This document shows positions 36,413 to 45,787 of a DNA stretch of 54,911 nucleotides, piece after piece (the stretch's first letter is position 1; the number at the start of each line of letters is the position of its first letter). The notes under the pieces were generated by a model. That model worked only from the letters and a program-made list of their open reading frames with translations. It did not search any database and had not been told where the DNA came from. The position numbers were made by a program, and so were the translations under genes. Source of the stretch: Candidatus Omnitrophota bacterium (lineage in GTDB: Bacteria > Omnitrophota > Gorgyraeia > Zapsychrales > Zapsychraceae); assembly GCA_003522725.1 (NCBI GenBank), contig DPIG01000063.1:2641-57551 (forward strand), written 5' to 3'.

Positions 36413-36979
36413 TTATTTAATGTACGCGCGGATGATCTTCTGGTCTTCGACCGGCCGGTCGCCGGCTCCGACCTTTGTATTTTCGATTTTTTGCACCACA
36501 TCATAACCGCTAATGACCTCGCCGAAGATAGTATGACGTCCATTGAGCCAGGGCGTTGCCACAGCCGTAATAAAGAATTGGCTGCCGTTGGTATTGGGCC
36601 CGGCATTGGCCATGGCCAAAAGGCCCGCCTTGTCAAACCGCGCAGTCTTTGAAATTTCATCTTCGAACCGCCCGCCCCAAAGGCTTTCCCCGCCCCTTCC
36701 TGTCGCGGTCGGGTCGCCGCCTTGGACCATAAACTCCTTGATCACGCGGTGAAAAACAGTGCCGTCGTAATATCCTTTTTGGACCAGCCCGATCATGTTT
36801 TCACACGTTTTAGGGGCCGCATTGGGCCATAATTCCAGCTCAATAGTTCCCTGATTTGTTTCGAAAACCACGACTGGACGGCCCGCCGGCTCATCCGCGT
36901 GGGCGTTACGGGCAAAAAATACCGCGGAAAAATAAAAAACGACCATCAGGAACATGCTCGCCAAAATCCATCTTAACAT
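36413..36979 (-). CDS. Cyclophilin-type peptidyl-prolyl isomerase with signal peptide
   Basis: FHRVIKEFMVQGGDPT, AMANAGPNTNGSQFFIT, HTIFGEV. Confidence 0.95.
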   Translation of the reverse strand: MLRWILASMFLMVVFYFSAVFFARNAHADEPAGRPVVVFETNQGTIELELWPNAAPKTCENMIGLVQKGYYDGTVFHRVIKEFMVQGGDPTATGRGGESLWGGRFEDEISKTARFDKAGLLAMANAGPNTNGSQFFITAVATPWLNGRHTIFGEVISGYDVVQKIENTKVGAGDRPVEDQKIIRAYIK

Positions 36980-36982
36980 CGG

Positions 36983-37942
36983 CTACTCCTTCTTTTGTTC
37001 ATCTTGCTGATTAGTTTGTCCTTCAGATGCTGGTTTGTCCTGTGATCCTTGAGGATTCGCTTCGGGTAGCGCGGGATCTGATGATTGCTTTGGTTCGACA
37101 GGTTCACCCTTTTGGATTTCTGTCCCGGCGGTGGCAGCAGCAGGGGAATCGGCCGCGATAAGGATATCAGGCTGAAGCTTAAGAAAATCCTCTTCTTTGG
37201 GCTGCTCCGGCGGCGCACCAGGTTCGGGAGCGGCGGCCGCGGGGGGAGCGCTGGCGGCCGCCTGCAAACGCTTGTTCAGCACGGCGATTTCATCATCCTT
37301 CCCGAGAATGGCCTTTTCCATTTTTGGAATTTTTTCTTCCAGCTGGGCGGCCTTTTTTTTATTTCTTTCAGCCTCGGTCCTGGCGGTATTTAATTCCGTC
37401 TGGACGCCGCGCGTCTTGTCCCTGGCTTCCCGCAAATCTTTTTCCAGAATATCTTTTATTTTGTTGAACTCCTTACGGTTATTTAATTCCGCCTTCAAGG
37501 ACTCTTCGGATTTTGCCAACGCCGCGCTTTTTTCATTAAAAAGCTTGTCGAGACGTTCATACTTCCCCTTCCATTCCTCGATCTGCGCCGCGAGGTCAAT
37601 CTCCTGCTCGATTTTCTTTTCCTCGGCGGCCGAGAGGACAACCTGCGGGGCGGCGGGGTCGGCTGCCGGCTTATCCTGATAAACCACAAAAGACTTTTCA
37701 ACAAAATCAGTCACACCGGGCAACGGGACTGTTGCCTTGGCCTCTTCTTTCTCTTTCTTGAATTTGGCAAAAAGTCCGGCCAACATGGAAGATTTCTTGG
37801 CCTGGGGCGGCGGGGGAGAAGTCATCGCCGGCATCGGCGCTCCCAAATCACGCAAGGAAGGCTTGTTTTCATTTCTCAACAGCCAGAACACAGCCAGAAT
37901 GCCGGCAAACGAAACGCCGACCAATATAAAAAATATATTCAT
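36983..37942 (-). CDS. Membrane-anchored coiled-coil hypothetical protein
   Basis: N-terminal TM, long Lys/Glu coiled coil, Pro/Ala-rich linkers. Confidence 0.6.
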   Translation of the reverse strand: MNIFFILVGVSFAGILAVFWLLRNENKPSLRDLGAPMPAMTSPPPPQAKKSSMLAGLFAKFKKEKEEAKATVPLPGVTDFVEKSFVVYQDKPAADPAAPQVVLSAAEEKKIEQEIDLAAQIEEWKGKYERLDKLFNEKSAALAKSEESLKAELNNRKEFNKIKDILEKDLREARDKTRGVQTELNTARTEAERNKKKAAQLEEKIPKMEKAILGKDDEIAVLNKRLQAAASAPPAAAAPEPGAPPEQPKEEDFLKLQPDILIAADSPAAATAGTEIQKGEPVEPKQSSDPALPEANPQGSQDKPASEGQTNQQDEQKKE

Positions 37943-37990
37943 GAGATATTCCTGATTGACACCGACGAAATGATGCCTATAATTTTATTG

Positions 37991-38581
37991 ATGGTTTCAT
38001 GCCTTTTATTATCCGCGGGATTCAGCAGCCGTTTCGGATCTCCCAAAGCTCTGGCCCGGCTTGACGGCCGGACGCTCATCGAACATCTGCAAGAATTACT
38101 TCTCTCGACACAACTCCATGAAATCATTATTGTTCTGGGGCACGGCGCCGAAGGAATAAAACCTTTTCTATTTAAGCACAAAAAGATAAAGGTTGTCTAT
38201 AACAAAGATTATAAATTCGGGCAAACCTCTTCGTTCAAATGCGGCTTAAAAGAAGTCGCCGCGCAGGCAACAGGCATCCTGCTTCTTCCGGTCGACTATC
38301 CCGCCGTCAAAGCCGAAACGTTGGATACGTTAATAACCTTTTTTGAGGAAAAAAAGCCCGTGGCGCTCATCCCCTCTTACCGGGACAAAAAAGGCCATCC
38401 CCCCATCCTTAATGTCGGGTTGAAGAGCGAACTCCTGGCCCTTGAAGATCCGGTCGGGGTCAACACCGTCATTCATCACCATAGAGATGATGTAACTGTT
38501 CTGCCCGTTGATGACGCGGGTGTCCTGAAAAGTTTTAACACAAAAGAAGAGTTCGATCAGTTGAAAGCGGAATTAACGTGA
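37991..38581 (+). CDS. mocA: Molybdenum cofactor cytidylyltransferase (MocA-like)
   Basis: LSAGFSSRFGSPKAL, GQTSSFKCG, PVDYP, GHPP; adjacent to the Xdh genes. Confidence 0.8.
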   Translation: MVSCLLLSAGFSSRFGSPKALARLDGRTLIEHLQELLLSTQLHEIIIVLGHGAEGIKPFLFKHKKIKVVYNKDYKFGQTSSFKCGLKEVAAQATGILLLPVDYPAVKAETLDTLITFFEEKKPVALIPSYRDKKGHPPILNVGLKSELLALEDPVGVNTVIHHHRDDVTVLPVDDAGVLKSFNTKEEFDQLKAELT

Positions 38582-38599
38582 AGGGGCCGCGGCTTGCCG

Positions 38600-40951
38600 T
38601 CAGGCTCCCTTGGAAAGGGATTCGATCTGCTCTTTTTCCTTGAGCGCTTTGATGATCTTGTCCGGGGTAAACGGTAATTCTTTAAGCCGGATACCGACCG
38701 CGTCATAGATCGCGTTGGCGATCGCCGCGGAAGTGGGCAGCAACGCGGCCTCCCCCATCCCCTTGGCCCCAAAAGGGCCGTTGGGATCGTTGGTTTCGAC
38801 CATAATGCATTCAATGGGTGGTGTTCCGATGGACCTGGGGATCCGGTAATTCGCGAAATTTCCATTGGCCGGCCGGCCCTTGTTGTCAAAACGAAGGTTC
38901 TCCATAAAGGTATACCCTAATCCCATCGCCAAAGAACCTTCAATCTGGCCTTCGGCGGATTGGGGATTGATGGCTTTCCCGATGTCATGAGCGTCCCACA
39001 ATTTCAGGACATCGACTTCGCCCGTCTCCTTGTTGACTTCAACCTCGGCGACCTGCGCTTCAAACCCGTAACTTCCGGAAACGTTTCCTTCACCGGTCCG
39101 AAAATCGATCGGCGTCGTCTTCGGGTTGTAACTGCCGCGGCCGATAATCTGTTTCCCATAATGAAACGCGTAACACAACTCCAGCGCTTTATCAAAACTC
39201 ATAAGAACGGATTTATTTTTTGTGTTGATGACTTCTTCAGTCTTAATGTCCAGATCATCGATATCCAATTCCAAGTCTTCCGCGACAATGGCCAGAATTT
39301 GGTTTTTGGCGTCGCGCGCGGCCAAAAGAGTGGCGTTGCCGGAAATAAACGTGACGCGGCTGGCAAAACTTCCCGTGTCAAAGGGCGTGATCTCCGTGTC
39401 CCCGGATTTGCAACGGATGCGGCTGTAACTGACGCCCAATTCCTGCGCGGCGATCTGCGAAAGCGCGGTGTTCGACCCCTGGCCCGTATCCGCGGCGCCG
39501 GTAAATAAATATACCGAACCGTCTTCTTCAACCTTGACGATCGATCCGGCGGACTCATGCGATTTGTACATCTTGGAACCCATAACGTCGGCGGCGATCC
39601 CGATCCCGATGCCGCGGCAAAGATGTTTCTGTTTTCCCCGCTTTTCGTACCAACGGCAGGATTCAATGGCCTTCTCGATGCATTCCTTAAGACCATTGGT
39701 CGTTAAAACCATTTTATTGATAGTGACCATATTGGGCGTGGTGATATTTTTCAGGCGGAATTCCACCGGGTCCATGCCGATCGCTTCAGCCAGCATATCC
39801 ATATGAGATTCGATGGCAAAACCGGCCTGCACGCCGCCAAAACCGCGCATGGCCCCGCTGATGGGCGTATTGGTATAAACGCGGTACCCGGTCATGCGGA
39901 AATGCTGGATCTTGTAAAGCATGAAGATGCGCATGATCGCCGCCGCCAACACCGTCGGGCCGTAACTGCAATACGCGCCACCGTCGGCGATCACCTCGCC
40001 GGTAATGGCCGCCAGCGTGCCGTCTTTTTTGACACCGGATTTGATCTTGTAGATCATCCCGTGTTTGCGCCGCGTCGCCAGGAATTCCTCTTCGCGGTTG
40101 CAGCAGATCTTGACCGGCAACCCGCCGGCTTTCCTGGACAACAAACACGCGGCAAAATCCATCGGCAACATCTCGAGCTTGCCGCCGAACCCCCCTCCGA
40201 CCGCCATCTTGATGACACGGACATCGTTTAAATCTAGCTTGAGGGTTTTCGCCAGCGCCTCCCGGCACTTAAACGGCGCCTGGCTGGAAGCCCACAACGT
40301 CACTTTGTTGGAAAATATTTCCCATTGCCCGACGCAGACGTGCGGTTCCAGGGCGGCCATATGCGCGGCGGGGGCAAAAAACAGATCTTCACGGACGTAA
40401 TCGGCTTCCTTTAAGGCCCTGTCGGGATTTCCGAAATTGACGGGCAGGATAACGGCGATATTGTTAAGAGATTCGTGGATCTGCGGGGCGCCCGGCTTCA
40501 TGGCTTCCCGGACATCAAAAACAGCCGGAAGGATCTCATACTGGACGTCGATCAGGCTCAACGCCTCCAGCGCGGTTTCTTCATCAACGGCCGCCACGGC
40601 GCCAAGCTCATCGCCGACGTAACGCACTTTTTCGGCCTCGATGGCCATCTGATCAACGGTATGCGGAAAAAAATATTCGTTAGAGCCGAATTTGATCTGG
40701 TGCGTGTCCCTAGCCGTGATGACGGCGCGCACGCCGGGCAACTTTTCAGCTTTGGACGTATCGATGGAGATGATGCGGGCGTGCGGATGCGGCGAACGGA
40801 GCATTTTCCCGACGAGCATATTGGGGAAACTGACATCAAAGGCGTACTTCGTCTGGCCCGTGACGATCCCCCTGCCGTCAATCCGCGGCACGCTTTTGCC
40901 GACGGGGTCGACGTATTCTTTCGAAAATGTCTTTTGAGCGGAGGCGGCCAT
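38600..40951 (-). CDS. Xanthine dehydrogenase-family molybdopterin-binding large subunit
   Basis: RSPHPHA, GGGFGGK, GGAY, AMRGFG, GQG, ASRVT, GAKGMGE. Confidence 0.92.
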   Translation of the reverse strand: MAASAQKTFSKEYVDPVGKSVPRIDGRGIVTGQTKYAFDVSFPNMLVGKMLRSPHPHARIISIDTSKAEKLPGVRAVITARDTHQIKFGSNEYFFPHTVDQMAIEAEKVRYVGDELGAVAAVDEETALEALSLIDVQYEILPAVFDVREAMKPGAPQIHESLNNIAVILPVNFGNPDRALKEADYVREDLFFAPAAHMAALEPHVCVGQWEIFSNKVTLWASSQAPFKCREALAKTLKLDLNDVRVIKMAVGGGFGGKLEMLPMDFAACLLSRKAGGLPVKICCNREEEFLATRRKHGMIYKIKSGVKKDGTLAAITGEVIADGGAYCSYGPTVLAAAIMRIFMLYKIQHFRMTGYRVYTNTPISGAMRGFGGVQAGFAIESHMDMLAEAIGMDPVEFRLKNITTPNMVTINKMVLTTNGLKECIEKAIESCRWYEKRGKQKHLCRGIGIGIAADVMGSKMYKSHESAGSIVKVEEDGSVYLFTGAADTGQGSNTALSQIAAQELGVSYSRIRCKSGDTEITPFDTGSFASRVTFISGNATLLAARDAKNQILAIVAEDLELDIDDLDIKTEEVINTKNKSVLMSFDKALELCYAFHYGKQIIGRGSYNPKTTPIDFRTGEGNVSGSYGFEAQVAEVEVNKETGEVDVLKLWDAHDIGKAINPQSAEGQIEGSLAMGLGYTFMENLRFDNKGRPANGNFANYRIPRSIGTPPIECIMVETNDPNGPFGAKGMGEAALLPTSAAIANAIYDAVGIRLKELPFTPDKIIKALKEKEQIESLSKGA

Positions 40952-40954
40952 GAT

Positions 40955-41428
40955 CTACGAGCCCTTTAATGTTTTCATTTTCTCCCCGGCGTCACGAATC
41001 GCATCGAAAATCTTCAGATAACAAGCGCAACGGCAAAGATTGCCGTCCAGGCCATATTGAATTTCTTCCAGCGTCGGTTCGGGGTTCTTGTCCAGCAACG
41101 CTTTGGCCGACATGATCATCCCCGGGATACAAAATCCGCATTGCACGGCACCGTGGTCGATGAACGCCTGCTGCACGGGATGCAGCTGTTCCCCGTCGGC
41201 CAGCCCTTCGATCGTCGTGATCTCTTTGCCAACGCAATTTGCCGCCAGGGTAATGCAGGAAAGGACCGCCTTGCCCTCCATAACGACCGTGCAGGTCCCG
41301 CATTCGGATTCTTCGCACGCGGTCTTGGTCCCGGTCAGGCCCAGATTGTCGCGCAAGACCTCCAGGAGCGTCTCGTGCCCCTTGAGGTCAAGCTGATATT
41401 CCCGCTTGTTAATGTTGAGTTTGGTCAT
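40955..41428 (-). CDS. Xdh-family [2Fe-2S] small subunit
   Basis: CEESECGTCTV, QCGFC, NLCRC. Confidence 0.93.
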   Translation of the reverse strand: MTKLNINKREYQLDLKGHETLLEVLRDNLGLTGTKTACEESECGTCTVVMEGKAVLSCITLAANCVGKEITTIEGLADGEQLHPVQQAFIDHGAVQCGFCIPGMIMSAKALLDKNPEPTLEEIQYGLDGNLCRCACYLKIFDAIRDAGEKMKTLKGS

Positions 41429-42276
41429 CGATGTTTCTCTGTCAGATCACGCAAGATATGCTTTATCCCTACGCGAAACATGTATTTCTTATAATCGGTA
41501 CCGCGCGCGTCATAGATGGCCGCGTCAAGATGCTCCAAAGCTGTTTCCGCGAGAGTTTTACCGGGGCTCTTGCCGTTAAGAAATTCTTCAAGCTTGCGAT
41601 CTCTTTGCGCGAACGCCACGCCATTATTGACCGCCACGATCGTCTGCGAAAATTTCCCTTTGACCAAACGCGTCGTGACGCACAAGGATAATAACGGTAT
41701 GTCTACGTGCACGGATTTCTTGGCCCGGTAATAAACGAAAGAGATCCCGTCGTCTTTTTTAATGCTGACATGGGTAAAAATCTTGTCTGTTTTGGCGGCA
41801 TTCTTGAAAAAATCTTCCGCCGGGACTATTTCTTCTTTCCCGTCAACGCCCACAAAATGCATCCTGGCCCGCGAAGCGACCATGACCGCCGGCATTTCGG
41901 TCCAGGTGTACCGGCACGTCAGGTTACCTCCCAGGGTGGCCATATTCCTGATCAGCTGTGATGAAATATTCCTGGCGGCGACCCTTAATACCCCAAGGTT
42001 CCCGGTCAGCAAAGGCGAATCATAGATCTCATCGATGTTGGTCATGGACTTGATCACGACACAATCTCCCTGATCTTCTATCCCTCTCAATTCCGGAATA
42101 TGGGCCAGACTGATAATATGCTGCGGGGTCTTGACCCCCTTTCGCTTCATGGTTTTCAGGCTATTGAGCAGAAAGGTCCCTCCAGCCTGCAATTTGACAT
42201 CCCGCAGCTTGCCATACGCCTGAACGGCAGATTCTAAACTATTGGGGGTGTGGAAGTTAAAGGGCCTTAAGAGCAT
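41425..42276 (-). CDS. Xdh-family FAD-binding medium subunit
   Basis: AGGT, IRNMATLGGNL. Confidence 0.88.
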   Translation of the reverse strand: MLLRPFNFHTPNSLESAVQAYGKLRDVKLQAGGTFLLNSLKTMKRKGVKTPQHIISLAHIPELRGIEDQGDCVVIKSMTNIDEIYDSPLLTGNLGVLRVAARNISSQLIRNMATLGGNLTCRYTWTEMPAVMVASRARMHFVGVDGKEEIVPAEDFFKNAAKTDKIFTHVSIKKDDGISFVYYRAKKSVHVDIPLLSLCVTTRLVKGKFSQTIVAVNNGVAFAQRDRKLEEFLNGKSPGKTLAETALEHLDAAIYDARGTDYKKYMFRVGIKHILRDLTEKHR

Positions 42277-42295
42277 AATCCATGACCGTGGGAAT

Positions 42296-42313
42296 ATAGT
42301 AAAATTTTACTAT
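42296..42313. promoter_or_regulatory. Perfect 18-bp palindrome, candidate operator of the Xdh operon
   Basis: ATAGTAAAATTTTACTAT lies between a minus-strand TGnTATACT -10 and the start codon. Confidence 0.5.
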
Positions 42314-42371
42314 TTGGTGTAGTATACCAGAGAATCCCGCTTGCGCAAGAAAAATATCGGCAAACCCCGCC

Positions 42372-44237
42372 CTATGGCCTGGGGACGGGAATTCCCGCGT
42401 CTTCCAGGGCCGCCTCCACGACCGCAGGGTCCCACCCGTGGCTGGAGATTTCATCAACAATTTCTTGCGGTCGTTTTTGGCGAATTTCTTCCGGATGTTG
42501 ACGCAAAAAGATCTTTAATACTTCCAGGTTATAAAGCTGATGCTTGTTCAGGCGCCAGCGCATCGGCTGGAGCTCTGTCTTCTTATTGAGGAAAAAGGCA
42601 ACGGCCGCCCACGCCAGGGGCAACATCATGACCAACAAGGAACTAAAAAAATAAAATGGCCTGGTAACGCCCAGCATGTATTCCGCGCAATTCCAGAAAA
42701 CGTCAAAAAGATAATGGCCGACAATGACCGGGATGATCCCGAAACGCAAATAAACCCAGGATAGAAACAGCCCAAGACACGTAACTTCGACGCCGCGAAA
42801 CCACATGGGGAAAACCGGATAATTGCTGTGGCTGAACCCCCATATGAGCGACGAAATGATAACCGCGGCAACGGTGCTTCCCAGAATCTTTTTCCCAAAA
42901 CTGATGGCGAACAACCGGAACATCACCTCTTCGGTAACGCTGGCCTTGAGTCCCAGGGTAAAAGCCGCCAAAAACGGCCAATAGGCCGTGGAAAGATTAT
43001 TCATCCAGGCGTGTTCGACCCACACCCCGGCATAGCGCTGACCCAACCCTACGAGGACCGACTGGATGCCCAGCATAATGATCCACACGCCGTACCCCAG
43101 CAAGATCGCCTTCGCCACGTCCCGCGAGAGAAAAGTCGAGCGCAAATAATACAGGAATGTCCCTTCGGGCTTTTCTTTAAAGACCTGATAATGCAGGGCC
43201 TCTCCGGCAAGGCCGGGCATGATGATCGCCACGCTGACGAACAGGGCCCCGACCAGCGCCTGCATGGCGATCTGTCCGATGTAGATACGGAAAGCGCCCG
43301 TCGTATTATAATCGAACAAAATGCTTTGCCATTGATTCAAGACTGCCGCCAACGACAAAATAAACGAAAAGGCCATAAGGCCGATGTAAAAACGCTTGGT
43401 CATGTGGGTGGCCAGATGATTACGCCGGACGATCATAAAAAAAACAGTCGATGTAAAAAGCGCTAAATACAGAAGGTAAATGAACTGCGAAAGGATCCTC
43501 CCGGTATCCTGGATACGCGCCAGATAACGGCTGAACTGATCCGGAACCAGGAAAGCGTGCTTGCCGAAAGAAAGGACCTCTTGCCCCGTCACCTTGGCGC
43601 TAACGAGCAGCTTTCCCGTCCCGCCGTCAGGCTCCCCGGGGGAGGAATTCTCCCGCGGGCTCCAAGGGATCTGCACATCTTTTCGCTGCCAGCTGAACGA
43701 AAAATCCGAGCGGTTATCGTAAACCGTCACAAGATCGCCTTTGACCGCGTATTGGCCGATATCAAACTGGAATCTCTCTCGCAGGAACTCGACGGCTTTA
43801 CGCCGCGCCTCGTCCCTTTCCAGGGGTTCACGCGCGGCGTTGTCGTCAATGATATGCTGAAAGCCGATCACCTCGCCCGTCGCCGAACTGACGAAAATCT
43901 TATATCCTTCCTTTTCATTCTCGCGGTAGAACCGCGCGGCCCAATAAAAGAGATCAAAATCATATTTCTGGATGAATTGAACAAGCCCGGAAAAACCGAC
44001 GGTATACTGCAGGTAACGGTCGGCCTCGTCATCCGAGGAGAAAACGACCGCCGAACGAAAACGCGCCGGGTCTTCCTGGCGCGCGCGCAGATATTCCCGG
44101 GCGATCCCGGCGGCCTTTTCCCGGTCGACGGAGAAATTAACAAATTCCAGCTGGGGGCAACTTAACCGCAGCCAAAGGATAAAACCAAGGAGGGATAAAC
44201 CGGCGAAGAGGATCCAGGTTGGACGGTCGGGTTTCAT
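42372..44237 (-). CDS. CPBP (type II CAAX/Abi) intramembrane metalloprotease with large N-terminal extracytoplasmic domain
   Basis: EEVMFR, WGFSH and GHYLFD motifs; many TMs. Confidence 0.85.
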   Translation of the reverse strand: MKPDRPTWILFAGLSLLGFILWLRLSCPQLEFVNFSVDREKAAGIAREYLRARQEDPARFRSAVVFSSDDEADRYLQYTVGFSGLVQFIQKYDFDLFYWAARFYRENEKEGYKIFVSSATGEVIGFQHIIDDNAAREPLERDEARRKAVEFLRERFQFDIGQYAVKGDLVTVYDNRSDFSFSWQRKDVQIPWSPRENSSPGEPDGGTGKLLVSAKVTGQEVLSFGKHAFLVPDQFSRYLARIQDTGRILSQFIYLLYLALFTSTVFFMIVRRNHLATHMTKRFYIGLMAFSFILSLAAVLNQWQSILFDYNTTGAFRIYIGQIAMQALVGALFVSVAIIMPGLAGEALHYQVFKEKPEGTFLYYLRSTFLSRDVAKAILLGYGVWIIMLGIQSVLVGLGQRYAGVWVEHAWMNNLSTAYWPFLAAFTLGLKASVTEEVMFRLFAISFGKKILGSTVAAVIISSLIWGFSHSNYPVFPMWFRGVEVTCLGLFLSWVYLRFGIIPVIVGHYLFDVFWNCAEYMLGVTRPFYFFSSLLVMMLPLAWAAVAFFLNKKTELQPMRWRLNKHQLYNLEVLKIFLRQHPEEIRQKRPQEIVDEISSHGWDPAVVEAALEDAGIPVPRP

Positions 44238-44238
44238 T

Positions 44239-44916
44239 TTAAAGCAGATTAATGACTTCCGGCGGCAATCGGTTGAGCTCCTGGCGGCCGAGCACTTTAA
44301 TGGACCAGCGCAAAAGTTTCAATTTTCTCGCGAGCTTCTCATCCGGATCGGTGACATTGACCAGGCGGTTGCGGGACAAAAACAGCATCTTGCGGATCGT
44401 GGTAAAAACGACCCGCGCCTCCCGCGCGCGTTTATTGCCGGCGCCGATGATATCGTTGAGACTGTTGAAGGCGATCTCATTGACGGCGGCGTTATAATGG
44501 TTCAGCTTCTGGATCAACGCGGGGACCATCGGCTGAAAATAGCGGTAACGGTCCATCCGGCATAACGTGTGCATGATCTCCACTTCGACAAACGGCGAAT
44601 CGGTCAACTTGAGCCGCCGCACCAGAATACGTTCCCCCCGGCTTTTTTCCCGTGAGACGACCTCCCCGCTGTAACGTTCCTTGAATACCCGCACGGCCGC
44701 CGCGATCTGGTAAGGATTGAGCGTATCGTCCATGATCATCTCGAGGATGACGTCTTTGGAAAGATCCGCGTACTTCTGCGCGTAACCATCAAGGAGCTGT
44801 TGATCGTCGAAAATAGATTGTTCGGAAAGGTCATCCTGGCCATGCGCCCGCGGCACCGACAGACAAACCGCTGACAGAACAAACATGACAAGGATACCGG
44901 CCTGGGTTCGCTCCAT
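44239..44916 (-). CDS. Exported helical hypothetical protein
   Basis: Signal peptide (AHG|Q), alpha-helical; in line with nadC. Confidence 0.55.
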   Translation of the reverse strand: MERTQAGILVMFVLSAVCLSVPRAHGQDDLSEQSIFDDQQLLDGYAQKYADLSKDVILEMIMDDTLNPYQIAAAVRVFKERYSGEVVSREKSRGERILVRRLKLTDSPFVEVEIMHTLCRMDRYRYFQPMVPALIQKLNHYNAAVNEIAFNSLNDIIGAGNKRAREARVVFTTIRKMLFLSRNRLVNVTDPDEKLARKLKLLRWSIKVLGRQELNRLPPEVINLL

Positions 44917-44920
44917 AATA

Positions 44921-45781
44921 TTATCCCTCGATGAACTCCATCGAAACATCAATGGATCTGCGGGAATGCGTTAACGCGCCGACGGAAATACGATCGACGC
45001 CGGTCCGGGCGATTTGCTTGATGTTCTTAAGCGTGATGCCCCCCGAGGCTTCCAGAAGCGGCTGCCTCCTGTTTCCCTTTTTATTTCGTAAAGCCACTGC
45101 CTTTTTCATTTGGGCACAATTCATGTTATCAAGCAAGATAATATCGACTCCGGCAGCCAGCGCCTGTGCAAATTGCGGCAAAGTATCCACCTCGAATTCT
45201 ATCACTTTTTTCTCCCCATGGCGAAGACGTTTAGCCATCCGCGCGACCGTCATCCGGCGACAAGCCCAACGGTGATTATCCTTCGCGAGGATCATCTCTT
45301 GAAGGTTTGAGCGATGATTTCGCGCGCCGCCGCAACGCACCGCGTATTTTTCCAATTCCCGCAGGCCCGGCGTCGTCTTGCGCGTGTCCAGGATTGTCGT
45401 TTTGTACGCGGAAACAGCCCGGACGTAGCGCCGCGCGTTGGTCGCGACGCCCGAAAGATACCCCAGAAAATTAAGCGCCGTCCTCTCCCCCGCCAGAAGC
45501 GCCCTGGTCTTTCCTCTCACAAGCAGGACGGTCGTGTTTTTCTTTACTTCCTCGCCTTCGGCGCAGCGGAAATCACATCGGATGTTTTTGTCCAGTTCCT
45601 GAAAAATCCGCTGGACAATGGCCAGGCCGCAGACAACGGCGTTTTCTTTCACAATGATCCGCGCGCTCGAAATCTCCGAAGCTCCGACAAGCCGATTCGT
45701 CGTGACATCGTGCCGAACACGATCTTCGCCAAGGGCTCTACGAACGATAAAATCAAAATTGGGAATGCCGGGAGTGCGCAT
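44921..45781 (-). CDS. nadC: Nicotinate-nucleotide pyrophosphorylase (quinolinate phosphoribosyltransferase)
   Basis: GERTALN, DTRKTTPG, KDNH, LLDN, EASGGIT, GALTHS. Confidence 0.95.
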   Translation of the reverse strand: MRTPGIPNFDFIVRRALGEDRVRHDVTTNRLVGASEISSARIIVKENAVVCGLAIVQRIFQELDKNIRCDFRCAEGEEVKKNTTVLLVRGKTRALLAGERTALNFLGYLSGVATNARRYVRAVSAYKTTILDTRKTTPGLRELEKYAVRCGGARNHRSNLQEMILAKDNHRWACRRMTVARMAKRLRHGEKKVIEFEVDTLPQFAQALAAGVDIILLDNMNCAQMKKAVALRNKKGNRRQPLLEASGGITLKNIKQIARTGVDRISVGALTHSRRSIDVSMEFIEG

Positions 45782-45787
45782 GCAAGA

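Noticed and set aside
38600-42276. Assignment as CO dehydrogenase or 4-hydroxybenzoyl-CoA reductase
   Set aside because: No AYxCSFR motif in the large subunit and no [4Fe-4S] insert in the FAD subunit
42296-42313. Rex operator
   Set aside because: GT..AC spacing is 8 nt here versus 10 nt in the TTGTGAA-N4-TTCACAA consensus
38596-43636. Shared 14-mer GCCGTCAGGCTCCC at 38596 and 43623 as element ends
   Set aside because: A 14-bp match is expected by chance in 55 kb; no integrase or transposase, and the second copy lies inside an intact gene
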